Positions 1 to 9,569 of a stretch of 64,000 bases of DNA are shown one piece after another; the first letter of the stretch is position 1, and the number at the start of each line of letters is the position of its first letter. The DNA is from a virus. The position numbers and the translations under genes are program-made. The notes beneath the pieces were generated by a model. That model did not search any database. It was not told the DNA's origin and worked only from the letters and a program-made list of their open reading frames with translations. Location: positions 11,330 through 75,329 of IMG/VR virus record IMGVR_UViG_3300046455_000477; one strand, given 5' to 3'.

Positions 1-2
1 AT

Positions 3-173
3 AGCGCGCTCGGCAACGGCACTGTCCGAACAGACAGTAGCACCCTGTCGGTCTATGAGTTGATCAACCTGTCGGTTGCCGAGGTGCGAGAGTTAAGCTT
101 CACCGGGGAGGACGCTGACTTTATCATTACGATCATCGGCTACTACTCAACTAATTCCTCTCTGTTTGGGTGA
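3..173 (+). CDS. Tail tube protein, C-terminal part (5' end outside window)
   Basis: Own translation, frame 3: SALGNGTVRTDSSTLSVYELINLSVAEVRELSFTGEDADFIITIIGYYSTNSSLFG*. Lies upstream of the chaperone and tape measure genes. Confidence 0.6.
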   Translation, partial: SALGNGTVRTDSSTLSVYELINLSVAEVRELSFTGEDADFIITIIGYYSTNSSLFG

Positions 174-177
174 TGGT

Positions 178-402
178 GTGAGCAAACAATTCAACACCCA
201 GATGCCTGAAGACATAGAACCTATTCTGCAATTCTTCGCTTACGACCATCTGCCGCCGCATCTGGCGGCGATCAGTCAACAATTCAGTCTTCTGGCCCAG
301 GCGGTGGTTGATGTTTTGCCGCGCAACCCCGAGCGCACGGTGGCGCTGCGCAAGTTACTGGAAGCGAAGGACGCCGCCGTTCGCGCGCGGCTCTATCAGT
401 AA
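178..402 (+). CDS. Small helical-hairpin phage protein (possible Acb2/Tad1-like hairpin)
   Basis: FFAYDHLPPHL...LPRNPERTVALRKLLEAKDAAVRA is a recurrent small phage protein pattern. Start is GTG 178 or ATG 202. Confidence 0.6.
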   Translation: MSKQFNTQMPEDIEPILQFFAYDHLPPHLAAISQQFSLLAQAVVDVLPRNPERTVALRKLLEAKDAAVRARLYQ

Positions 403-428
403 ACTCTGGAAGCAAGGGTTGAAGCGTT

Positions 429-1004
429 ATGCGACTAAACGAGCGGCTAAACTTTGTCTTGCCGCTGTATCGCGGGGACGACGATTGCTACGCGTGGGTC
501 CACGCGGCACCGATCAGCCGCGAGGTCTTTGAGTCAAACTACCTGCTGCTATCGAAGACTTTCACGGCTATTCACAGCGAGGGCCTGGGCGAGATCGCCG
601 GTCCCAAGATCGCAAAACTCCTGCTTAATGATGTCGCCAAAAGCATGGACTCCAGCAATCCGGATATCGTAACGCGACCGTTGCTAAACGAAATACGTCG
701 ATTGAGCAACGTCATGCTGAAGACCGCCACAGCGTGGGAGACCATGCCGCTGCAGGACGCGATCCAACACAAGCAGCTGGACGAGGAGGACATCGGGGAG
801 GTCGAGAATATCCTGACTTTTTTTACTGTCGTCTTGCATCTCTATCCGAAAAACATGCGTCAGGCCTATCTGGATGGCGCTACGAAAATGTGGGGTGCTC
901 AAATGCTATCATCCAATTCTACGGAGTTTCTCAATTCTTTGCCGACCTCGAGCGAGATCGTCAGCATTGGCGCGAAGGCGATAGCATCGTCGGTGCCATC
1001 CTAG
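429..1004 (+). CDS. Tail assembly chaperone
   Basis: 191 aa ORF between the tube and tape measure genes; contains T TTT TTT at 818-824. Confidence 0.7.
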   Translation: MRLNERLNFVLPLYRGDDDCYAWVHAAPISREVFESNYLLLSKTFTAIHSEGLGEIAGPKIAKLLLNDVAKSMDSSNPDIVTRPLLNEIRRLSNVMLKTATAWETMPLQDAIQHKQLDEEDIGEVENILTFFTVVLHLYPKNMRQAYLDGATKMWGAQMLSSNSTEFLNSLPTSSEIVSIGAKAIASSVPS

Positions 1005-1144
1005 ACTGGGTCATGAATGACGGCTTCGTTAAATTCTTCGAAGACTACGACCTGGAGTTTGCTTACCAATCGGCGGCTGAATTTAGACAGCGGCATCTGG
1101 TCAACGGTCTGGCTAGGCAGATGTCCAGGATCATGGGAGGCTAG
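818..1144 (+). CDS. Putative -1 frameshift extension of the tail assembly chaperone (G-T type)
   Basis: The -1 frame is open across the T7 run until 1144, ending 2 nt before the tape measure start. Its C-terminus SIVGAILDWVMNDGFVKFFED...AEFRQRHL looks protein-like. Confidence 0.5.
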   Translation, partial: FFYCRLASLSEKHASGLSGWRYENVGCSNAIIQFYGVSQFFADLERDRQHWREGDSIVGAILDWVMNDGFVKFFEDYDLEFAYQSAAEFRQRHLVNGLARQMSRIMGG

Positions 1145-1146
1145 AC

Positions 1147-3339
1147 TTGGCGGTTAAGTCTGTCATTGATATTGAAGTCAACGACGCTTCGTTTAAGAAG
1201 TTTGTCGAGTCGTTCAAAGACTATCAGGACATGCTTGGCAAGCAGCCGAGGAATTGGCAGGGGTTAAACAGCGGAATCGATAAAGCCGTCGCATCGCTTG
1301 ACAAGCTGGTCAGCTCGTTTCAAGAGATGGTCGATCTGACGCGGGAGCGTCAGAAGATCGGTGAAAATGTAACAACGCAGACTCGCGGTCAGACAACGCA
1401 CGTCGAGCGGCAGGCTCAGGTGTGGAAGAACCTGGGACGGACGATCAAGGACGCGGCTGGTCACATCGTTGGCATGACACGGTCGCTGCTGAGCTGGGGA
1501 ACGCTGACCGGCGTTCTGTCTGGCCTGCTGGGTGCCGGTGGACTGTTTGGCATATCAAGGCTGGCGCAGGCGGCGCAGGGCTACAGGCGGTCCTCTCTTG
1601 GCCTGGGCGCTACGGTTGGCGAACAGCGCGCCTTCACGCTTAGTTATGGCCGCATGGTCAACGCGGGGAGTGTCCTGGGAGGCGTCAGCGAGGCGCTGTC
1701 TGATCCCAGCAAGCGCGGGACGCTTTATCCGTTCATCAAGGAGCCGGAGCTGAAGGGCAAGGATACCGGCGAAGTCGCGGTCTTGCTGATGCAGCGGATG
1801 AAGGAGATGCTGGACAAGACTGATCCAAGCATGATCGGCGCCGTCCATGGCTCCATGAATATGGGGCAGTTCATAACGCCCGAAGAAGCTCGGGCAATGC
1901 GAGCAACGCCAAAGGCCGAAACAGACGCTTACGCCAAGCAGTACGAGGCGTTGATCAAGACGCTTGATCTGACCAAGCAGCAACAGAAGGTTTGGTCAGA
2001 TCTTGCAACCCAACTCAAGATAAGTGGCGAGCAGATAGAGACGCTGTTTGTTAGGAAGCTGACCGGCTGGGCACCGCAGCTTTCGTCGATATCGGACTCG
2101 CTTAAAAGCATGTTTGAGACAATGCTCAACAGCAAGGTGTTGGAAGGCTGGATAAAGGACGTGGAGGGTGCGCTCAAGACTCTGGCGCAATACATGAAGA
2201 CCGACGCTTTCAAGACGGATGTTGAAAATTTCATGAATAAGGTCGGGGAATTCGTTAAGGGTGTGGGAGAAATGATATTGGCCATGGGGCGCTTCGTTAC
2301 CTGGGTAAGGAGTCTTCCCTTCTTTAAGGAGAAGCTTGAGAACAAGGCCAGTCCCGAGGTATGGCCGGAGGACAAGAGTGACCTGGACAAGGCCAGGGAG
2401 AAGCGCGCAGCCGAGATCCAAGAAGACATGAGAAAGCGGGGGTTGAACCCTGATTCCGACACCCCCATAAACGAAAGGGAGCAGGCTCCGTGGAGCCCAT
2501 TTAACAAAGACGCGACCGGTTTCAAGGAAGGCTTTAAGCAATTTTTCAGGGACCTTTTTCCGCATAATCGAAAGGAGGGCGAGGAGACACCGGAGGGGGA
2601 GCGATCCCTCTTCATGGAGCTTATGCGCCTGTTGCTGAAGAAGTCGCGGGACGATGAGAAGACGCCAGCCGTCATGGGGCCATCGACGACCGGTTATCAC
2701 GTCCAGCCTTTTGGTGATCTGATGCATCAGGTCCGCGCCAACATTTCCGGCGGCGCAGGCGGCGGCGTGGGTGGTTGGCCCGGTGGCGGCGGCGCGCAGG
2801 TCACAAACGCCGTCTACCGCCCTCCAGGCGTCAGCAACGGCAGCCTGGCAAACAATGAGGCTGTAACCGAACAGTTTTTTAGGGACAACGGTTTCAGTGA
2901 TGCCGCGGTCGCCGGTCTTATGGCCAATATCAGTGCTGAGTCTGGCTTTGATCCGCAGCGGGTCAATAAAGTAGGTGGCGATGCCGGTTTGATGCAGTGG
3001 CGCGGCGACCGGGCGAAAGAGTTCTTCAGGCAGTATCATCACACAGTTCAGGAAGGAAAGTTGCAGGAGCAACTCGACTATGCGCTATGGGAACTGACGC
3101 AGGGGCCGGAGCGCGCGCATGGCGATATCCTGCGCCGCATGACTGATCCTGGCCGCGCTGGTCGTTATGTCTCGACTGACATAGAGCGTCCCCATGATCC
3201 CAGTGGCAGGGTGGCTGGCGAACGGGAGGCCGAGGCGGTCAGACGCTATCGGCGCTATAATGTCGGCGGCTTAAAGGTCGAGATACATAATAACACCGGC
3301 GGCGCTGCAGCCGTCAAGACAGCGGCGCTGCCGACGTGA
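1147..3339 (+). CDS. Tape measure protein with C-terminal phage tail lysozyme domain
   Basis: Long helical protein, Gly-rich linker, then AVAGLMANISAESGFDP...GLMQW...QLDYALWEL...ERP (Phage_lysozyme2-like). Confidence 0.85.
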   Translation: MAVKSVIDIEVNDASFKKFVESFKDYQDMLGKQPRNWQGLNSGIDKAVASLDKLVSSFQEMVDLTRERQKIGENVTTQTRGQTTHVERQAQVWKNLGRTIKDAAGHIVGMTRSLLSWGTLTGVLSGLLGAGGLFGISRLAQAAQGYRRSSLGLGATVGEQRAFTLSYGRMVNAGSVLGGVSEALSDPSKRGTLYPFIKEPELKGKDTGEVAVLLMQRMKEMLDKTDPSMIGAVHGSMNMGQFITPEEARAMRATPKAETDAYAKQYEALIKTLDLTKQQQKVWSDLATQLKISGEQIETLFVRKLTGWAPQLSSISDSLKSMFETMLNSKVLEGWIKDVEGALKTLAQYMKTDAFKTDVENFMNKVGEFVKGVGEMILAMGRFVTWVRSLPFFKEKLENKASPEVWPEDKSDLDKAREKRAAEIQEDMRKRGLNPDSDTPINEREQAPWSPFNKDATGFKEGFKQFFRDLFPHNRKEGEETPEGERSLFMELMRLLLKKSRDDEKTPAVMGPSTTGYHVQPFGDLMHQVRANISGGAGGGVGGWPGGGGAQVTNAVYRPPGVSNGSLANNEAVTEQFFRDNGFSDAAVAGLMANISAESGFDPQRVNKVGGDAGLMQWRGDRAKEFFRQYHHTVQEGKLQEQLDYALWELTQGPERAHGDILRRMTDPGRAGRYVSTDIERPHDPSGRVAGEREAEAVRRYRRYNVGGLKVEIHNNTGGAAAVKTAALPT

Positions 3340-4106
3340 GCGGCATCCTTGGTAGCATCGGTAGCAGCGCTTTTAAGCTGGCGTTTGAAATATCGCCAAT
3401 CGTTTTGGTAGGCGGGATAATCCCAGGCGGCATTCTGCCAATCGTCGCGATCACGCAATCCGCCAGCTTCCTGCAAGGCATCCTGTCTGGTCAAAACCCG
3501 CTCGACTTAGACGATCACTTCGCGCACTTTCAACCCGTGCCGGGCGCTGAACTGATCAGCAACCAGATCGGGACTTATCCGTTCGCCAACAGTGCCGTTG
3601 CCGCAAACGCGGTCATCAGACAGCCGATTAATTTTTCAATGCTGATGATCGCGCCTGCCAAGGGGGCGTTTGGCTTTGCCACCAAGCTGGCGACGATGAT
3701 TGCGATGAAGATGGTGCTCAACCAGCATATCAGCAGTGGTGGGACTTTCACGGTCATAACGCCATCGTTCTTTCAGACCAATTGTCTGTTGACCAACGTG
3801 CGCGACGTGTCGCCTGGTCAGACCAAGCAGACGCAGATCGAATGGCAGTTTGACTTTACTGCACCGTTGCTGACCATCAACGATGCACAATCGATCATGA
3901 GTTCATTGATGAACAAGATATCTGGGGGTTCGCAGATTGACGGCGCGCCAGCCTGGTCCAACGCCAGCAATGTGGTTGGCAATGCCGATGTGGCGATTGC
4001 CCCCAGCGTTGTCCCGGCTACGACAGGCCTGCCAGCGGCGACCGTCGCGCCTAACATCCCTGGTCCGATTAATGCTTTTCCTCCACTCGGACCGGGGCTT
4101 GGTTGA
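3336..4106 (+). CDS. Tail tube initiator / baseplate hub-associated protein
   Basis: Directly after the tape measure with GTGA overlap; YPFAN..VAANAVI and QIEWQFDF motifs. Confidence 0.6.
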   Translation: MSGILGSIGSSAFKLAFEISPIVLVGGIIPGGILPIVAITQSASFLQGILSGQNPLDLDDHFAHFQPVPGAELISNQIGTYPFANSAVAANAVIRQPINFSMLMIAPAKGAFGFATKLATMIAMKMVLNQHISSGGTFTVITPSFFQTNCLLTNVRDVSPGQTKQTQIEWQFDFTAPLLTINDAQSIMSSLMNKISGGSQIDGAPAWSNASNVVGNADVAIAPSVVPATTGLPAATVAPNIPGPINAFPPLGPGLG

Positions 4107-4375
4107 TGGCGACCTTGGTCCCCTTCCTGCCGTCGCCAATCAGCGCTTTCCGCTTTAGCGCGACCTTTGACGACGCGCTCCACGATTGCATTGTGCATTG
4201 GAACGTTGTCGGTCAGCGATGGTATCTGACGGTCGTCCGCCAAGACGGCACGCGCATCGTGACCATAGCGCGGGTCGCAAGTCCGGATAATTACGACATC
4301 GACCTGATAGCTGGTTACTTCGCTTCGACCATGGTCTTTCGTCAGTCAAGTCAAATGTTTGAGATTAATCCATGA
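4103..4375 (+). CDS. Small baseplate protein
   Basis: 90 aa with WNVVGQRWY; syntenic position in the baseplate operon. Confidence 0.6.
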   Translation: MMATLVPFLPSPISAFRFSATFDDALHDCIVHWNVVGQRWYLTVVRQDGTRIVTIARVASPDNYDIDLIAGYFASTMVFRQSSQMFEINP

Positions 4376-5385
4376 GGTATTACTCAGTAACCATAACCAA
4401 TCCCAGTACAGGCAAGACTATCCTGCCGTCAAGTCTCAAAGGCAACATCATCTCAAGTTTAGACACCGCAGGCAAGTTTAATCCGCAAGCGCTCAACATT
4501 GAATTTGATCTGGCGATGCCAACGTTCAACGCACCTGATCAGGACGGCTGGTTGCGGATATGGGGACTTTCTCTGAAGGACCTTGGCTCCGCCTTTGACC
4601 TAAACAGGATGGTGGTCGATCTGAGCGTGGGCATGTCCAAGGGCCTGCCGCTTGCCAAACCAGATCAGCAAGGCCTGATCATGCACGGCATGATCAAGGC
4701 GGCATACGGTAACTGGATTGGCGTTGATCAGACGCTGGACATGAATTTTATGGCTGATACCGGCGGGCCGCAGGTAGCGGATAATAAGAACTATCCCTTC
4801 GTCTGGCGCAAGGGGGAGGAGTTGTCAACAGCCATAGGGCGGACGCTGGCGACAGCTCTCAAGGGATTTAAGCAGGACATCCGTATCAGTAAGAACCTTG
4901 TCTTGGCTTACGACGAAAGCGGCTTTTATCAGTCGGCGCAACAATTCAATGATTACCTGAACGACCGCGCCAAGGCGATCCTAAAGAAAGCCAATTATCA
5001 AAGCATAACGATTTCGACGGATGGCTCAACCGTTCACGTCACGGACGGAACGGTTTCGGAGGGGGAGAAGGAGACGACCGAGATAGCGTTCGAGGATTTG
5101 ATCGGGCAGCCAACCTGGATCGGGACGCTGGAGATCTCCTTCAAGACGGTTCTGCGCGGTGATCTGCATGTTGGTAACTATGTCAGGCTACCAAGGGGAC
5201 CACGCCAGTTGACGATAGCCAGTAACAGCGGCTTTAGTCAGGAACAAAATCCGGCCAACAAATCAACCTTTGAGGGAAAGTTCTATATAAAGGATGTTCA
5301 CCACTACGGCAACTTTCGCCAGCCTGACGCCGAAAGTTGGAACACAACAGTCATAGCCGCGCAATCGGAGCCTAAAAATGTCTGA
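4372..5385 (+). CDS. Baseplate hub protein
   Basis: 337 aa with DLIGQPTW and GNFRQPD..SW; precedes the spike gene. Confidence 0.65.
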   Translation: MRYYSVTITNPSTGKTILPSSLKGNIISSLDTAGKFNPQALNIEFDLAMPTFNAPDQDGWLRIWGLSLKDLGSAFDLNRMVVDLSVGMSKGLPLAKPDQQGLIMHGMIKAAYGNWIGVDQTLDMNFMADTGGPQVADNKNYPFVWRKGEELSTAIGRTLATALKGFKQDIRISKNLVLAYDESGFYQSAQQFNDYLNDRAKAILKKANYQSITISTDGSTVHVTDGTVSEGEKETTEIAFEDLIGQPTWIGTLEISFKTVLRGDLHVGNYVRLPRGPRQLTIASNSGFSQEQNPANKSTFEGKFYIKDVHHYGNFRQPDAESWNTTVIAAQSEPKNV

Positions 5386-5953
5386 CAATACCCAAAAGAC
5401 GCCGGTTGGGATCAGCCTGAACCGGTTCGCGTCAGGCAAGGCCAAGGACGCCATCCAGAAGCTTGGTAAGTCCCTACCCGCGTCGGTCGTCAGTGTCAGG
5501 GGTTCTATTGTGCAAGTTAAGTTCGAGATCGCAAGCAATGTCTTTACACTACCAAACGTGACCATCCCGCTGATTGGAACCGAGTATGTGCGACCTCCTA
5601 TTCAATCCGGATGCAAGGGTTTTGTCTTGGCCGCTGATGCTTATCTTGGTGGCATGTCGGGTATTGGTGGCGGTGTTGCCGATCTAACGCCGCCTGCCAA
5701 CCTGACGGCGCTTGTCTTTGCCCCGATAGGGCATAACGGCTGGTCAACGGTTGACGGCAACGCCGTCGTCATCTATGGCCCCAATGGCGTTGTGCTAAGA
5801 TCGGAGGATGGGCGAACATCCCTGACCCTAACTCCAACCGGCATTCATGTGCAGACCGGTGGTGACTTCACGGTTAACACGATCAGCATCCTGCATCACG
5901 TTCACAAAGATGTCCAGCCGGGTGGTAGCTTGTCGGGAGAACCCAAGGCGTGA
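5378..5953 (+). CDS. Baseplate central spike (gpV/gp138-like)
   Basis: N-terminal OB-like region and C-terminal HxH metal tip (LHHVHKDVQPGG...GEP). Confidence 0.8.
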   Translation: MSDNTQKTPVGISLNRFASGKAKDAIQKLGKSLPASVVSVRGSIVQVKFEIASNVFTLPNVTIPLIGTEYVRPPIQSGCKGFVLAADAYLGGMSGIGGGVADLTPPANLTALVFAPIGHNGWSTVDGNAVVIYGPNGVVLRSEDGRTSLTLTPTGIHVQTGGDFTVNTISILHHVHKDVQPGGSLSGEPKA

Positions 5954-6300
5954 GGACCTACGGACGGACCTACGACCTGTTCGGCAAGCCGACGTGGCAG
6001 GTTGTGCAGACAGACGCCAACGGCGCGGACGACATGGTGTGGGTCACGACGCTCATCCAGACGCTGAAGCTGAATCTAGGGGAGTCACCGTTCTTCGCCA
6101 ACTATGGCATTCCGGCGCACAGCAGCGTCATGCAACAGATATTCCCCGATTACTACATTGCTTACACGCAACAGCAATACAGTCAATACTTCGCCAGCCT
6201 TATCGTCGCGCGGTTGCCGACGGCGACTCCGCAGTATAGTGTCCAGGTCGTCACCCATCAGGGCGTCCAGCTAAACGTCTCCGTTCCAATTCCGGGATAA
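5950..6300 (+). CDS. Baseplate wedge / sheath initiator (gp25/W-like)
   Basis: 116 aa with LKLNLGESPFFANYGIP; between the spike and baseplate J genes. Confidence 0.65.
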   Translation: MRTYGRTYDLFGKPTWQVVQTDANGADDMVWVTTLIQTLKLNLGESPFFANYGIPAHSSVMQQIFPDYYIAYTQQQYSQYFASLIVARLPTATPQYSVQVVTHQGVQLNVSVPIPG

Positions 6301-6306
6301 AACCTT

Positions 6307-7509
6307 ATGGCCCTGCTCCCCGTTGTCCTTGGTCCAGACGGCATGATCCCGGTTCAACCGGCTGACCTGCATCAGCGGCTGTTGGCGGCGGTCGCCTTGC
6401 TGGCGCCTGGTTACGAGGGACGCTTGCCTGGTTCGCTGGTTGAAGACATAACCAGCACAGACGTTGGTGCGCTTGTCATCTGCGATCAGGCAAGGGTCGA
6501 GGTCATCAACAGCATAACGCCACGCGGCGCCAATGCGTTCCTGCTTAACCAGCTTGGCCACGTCTACGGGGTCATGCCTGGCATCGCGACAAACACAAGT
6601 TGCTATGTCGTTTTCAGTGGGCCCGTCGGCTACGTCGTGAGTCGGGGCTTTGTCGTCAGCGACGGGACCAACCAGTTCACTCTGCCGGACGGCGGTATTG
6701 TGCAAACCGGGGGGGCGACCCTACCGCTGTTTGCCGTCAGCGCGACCCCCGGTCCCTTTGCCGTCCCGGCGCACACAGTCGTTAATCTTGTGACCAGCGT
6801 CCCGACAGCCGTCGCCCTGACAGTCACGAATCCGTTGGACGGCACGCCCGCGACCGATGCCGAGACTGAGACGATCTATCGGGCCAGGGTCCTGACGGCG
6901 GGTCTGGCGGCGGCGCAGGGCACACCGCGTTTTCTAAAGACTTTGCTGGGCAACGTGCCTGGAGTTGAGTATCGTCTGATCAGCGTCAGGCAGATCGGAA
7001 CCGAGTGGGGCGTCATCTGCGGCGGATCAGGCGATCCCTATCAGATCGCCTATGCGATCTTTCAGGCCATCTTTGATACAGCAAACCTTGTCGGTTCAAC
7101 GATCAATAGCGCGCGCAACGTCATCGTTACGATAAACGACTATCCGGACAGCTACGTGATTCCCTTCATCGTCCCGGTCCTGCAGAAGACGACGATGGCG
7201 GCGACGTGGAACACCAACTTTCCCAACTTCGTCAGTCCGGCCGGAGTCGCACAGTTGGCGATTCCCGAGCTGGCCGCATACGTGAACAGTATTCAGGTTG
7301 GTCAGCCGATCAACGTCCTTGATCTGGAGGAGACGTTTCGCGCGGCCATCGAGAGCATCCTTCCGCGTCAGTACATCACGCGCCTCGTCTTCAACGTCTT
7401 GATAAACGCTATCGCGACGGCGCCACCAACAGGCACGACGATTATAGCCGGGGATCCGGAGGGGTTCTTCTCGATATCGCAAGCAGACATAACGGTCCTG
7501 CAGGGTTAG
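6307..7509 (+). CDS. Baseplate J-like wedge protein
   Basis: 400 aa with TVTNP..G...ETETIYRARV, typical of gpJ/gp47. Confidence 0.85.
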   Translation: MALLPVVLGPDGMIPVQPADLHQRLLAAVALLAPGYEGRLPGSLVEDITSTDVGALVICDQARVEVINSITPRGANAFLLNQLGHVYGVMPGIATNTSCYVVFSGPVGYVVSRGFVVSDGTNQFTLPDGGIVQTGGATLPLFAVSATPGPFAVPAHTVVNLVTSVPTAVALTVTNPLDGTPATDAETETIYRARVLTAGLAAAQGTPRFLKTLLGNVPGVEYRLISVRQIGTEWGVICGGSGDPYQIAYAIFQAIFDTANLVGSTINSARNVIVTINDYPDSYVIPFIVPVLQKTTMAATWNTNFPNFVSPAGVAQLAIPELAAYVNSIQVGQPINVLDLEETFRAAIESILPRQYITRLVFNVLINAIATAPPTGTTIIAGDPEGFFSISQADITVLQG

Positions 7510-7513
7510 GCGG

Positions 7514-8176
7514 ATGCAGGAGCCACCGTTCCCTCCCCCCGGTCAAACGAGCATCTGCTCGATCATTCCGTCGTACTTGTACGAGCAATACTTTGATGAC
7601 GAGGACCTCCAGGCGTTCATCACGACCTACAATCAGATGGCCCAGCTGGAGGCCTCCTGGTTCTGCGACATAAACCTACCGATCTATACTCAACCCCAGA
7701 TAGCCGGTGATCTACTTGACTGGGTGGCGGAGGGAATCTATGGTTTTCCCAGACCGACGCTCTCGTCCGGCGGCATCAACATCGTTGGTCCGCTTAACAC
7801 CTGGATGCTGAATACCGTCGGCATGACCCTGAACACCTCCATCTTGATCGGCGCTGTCACGTCGTTCGCGACGACAGACGACATCTACAAGCGGTTGCTG
7901 ACCTTCCTGTTCTACAAAGGCGATGGTTTCCAATACACGATCAGTTGGTTGAAGCGCCGCATGATGCGGTTCCTGACCGGTCCCTTTGGCATCGACCCGC
8001 CGATCGCCAACACCGTTCCGATCAGCGTCGTGATAGAGGAGGACGATCACGTCCTGATAACGATCACGGTTGGTGGTGCGATAGCGCAAGACATCGCGGA
8101 GATTCTGCAAGCCGCCATGCAATCGGCCTGGCTTGGCATGCCGTTTCAGTATCACTTTACGATCAACTTAGCGTAG
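7514..8176 (+). CDS. Baseplate wedge protein (gpI/DUF2612-like)
   Basis: LLDWVAEGIYG.PRP and TDDIYKRLL; follows J. Confidence 0.7.
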   Translation: MQEPPFPPPGQTSICSIIPSYLYEQYFDDEDLQAFITTYNQMAQLEASWFCDINLPIYTQPQIAGDLLDWVAEGIYGFPRPTLSSGGINIVGPLNTWMLNTVGMTLNTSILIGAVTSFATTDDIYKRLLTFLFYKGDGFQYTISWLKRRMMRFLTGPFGIDPPIANTVPISVVIEEDDHVLITITVGGAIAQDIAEILQAAMQSAWLGMPFQYHFTINLA

Positions 8177-8188
8177 GAACCCCGGCTC

Positions 8189-9568
8189 GTGGTAGAAATC
8201 CTGTTTAGGAACAATGCTGGCACGACTCTGGCGCTGCCGGTCAGCAGTAGTCAGACAACCGTGACGCTCGTGGCGGGTTCCGGGGCACTGTTTCCGTCGC
8301 CAACAGGGGGCGACTTTTTCACGCTAACCCTAAGCATCGCAAGCGGGGCGCAGCGTGAGATAACCTTCTGCACCGCCAGATCGGGTGACATCTGCACAGT
8401 TCTGCGCGGTCAGGAGGGAACGACGGCGCAGGCATGGAACGCTGGGGATCTGGCGCAGAACCTGGCGACGGCCCGCGCGTTCCACGAGCTATACACCGAG
8501 CAGGTCGGCGGCGTCCTGTCTGGTCGCCTGCCGAACCCAGGCATGTCGGCTGGATCAGCAGCGGCTAATCTTGGTGCGGCTGGCGGCGACCTGACCGGCA
8601 CCTATCCAAATCCTTTGTTTAACCTTGGCCTGACGCATGCCTGGACGGTTCGTCAGAGCTTTAATGGCAATCTGCTTGTTCCTAACAATGTCGCCATTTA
8701 TTCAGCGAATGCCGCGGGAGTGGAACAAGTTCTGATTCAGCGAACCATTAGCGACTCGGTGGATATCGCTGGTGGATCCACAGGTTTTCGTGTTGTTAAT
8801 CTTGCATATAATCTTGTAAATCTACTTGTTTCTGATGGTGGTGCTCTATATCCTCGTAATGCTATTGTGTTGAATAATAATACGGCTTTGATGGGTAACG
8901 ATACTTCTGGCAATGCTCATAATCTGATATTTATGGGTGGTGACAACAGAACAAGAGTCATAGGTGGTGCTTCCGGATTAACTCTGGTGAATTTTGCACA
9001 AAATACGGATAACGTGACGGTTTCGGACGCTGGTGTGATCAACACTCGCAGCAGTATTTCAGCTGGAGCAAATATGTATGCGGCGACATATATGGCGTGT
9101 GGAACATATATGCAGTCAACAACATATATCACAGCTGGAACAGGGATTGACGCCGGAACATATGTCACAGCCAATAACGGCAATGTCACGGCCATTAATG
9201 GACGTCTGCGCGCCTCACTTGGAGCTAGTGGTGGGGATGCGCAGACGGCGCCTATTATGGCAGAATTTACGAATTATCTTGGTGGCTTTGGCTATCAGAA
9301 GCTACCGACCGGTTGTATTATTCAGTGGGGTAGTGGTGTCACGACCAATGGACAATACGTTGGGTTTCCCATTACTTTCCCTAACTCACTTCTGGCTATT
9401 ACCATTTGCGAGAATGCCGCGCAGGGTGGTTGGGGAGGTGGCGTCGCGACTCTTCACGCGGTTGGGTATCAGGGTCAGTCCGGTTTCTACCATTACACGC
9501 TTTCCTGGAATGGTGTTGGTTGGACCGATGGCGCGACCAGTTACTCGTTCATTGCGGTTGGATACTGA
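8189..9568 (+). CDS. Baseplate tail fibre
   Basis: N-terminal anchor (EITFCTARSGD..TVLRGQEGTTAQAW); C-terminal GYQKLPTGCIIQWG...FPITFPN...FIAVGY fibre-tip domain. Confidence 0.85.
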   Translation: MVEILFRNNAGTTLALPVSSSQTTVTLVAGSGALFPSPTGGDFFTLTLSIASGAQREITFCTARSGDICTVLRGQEGTTAQAWNAGDLAQNLATARAFHELYTEQVGGVLSGRLPNPGMSAGSAAANLGAAGGDLTGTYPNPLFNLGLTHAWTVRQSFNGNLLVPNNVAIYSANAAGVEQVLIQRTISDSVDIAGGSTGFRVVNLAYNLVNLLVSDGGALYPRNAIVLNNNTALMGNDTSGNAHNLIFMGGDNRTRVIGGASGLTLVNFAQNTDNVTVSDAGVINTRSSISAGANMYAATYMACGTYMQSTTYITAGTGIDAGTYVTANNGNVTAINGRLRASLGASGGDAQTAPIMAEFTNYLGGFGYQKLPTGCIIQWGSGVTTNGQYVGFPITFPNSLLAITICENAAQGGWGGGVATLHAVGYQGQSGFYHYTLSWNGVGWTDGATSYSFIAVGY

Positions 9569-9569
9569 C

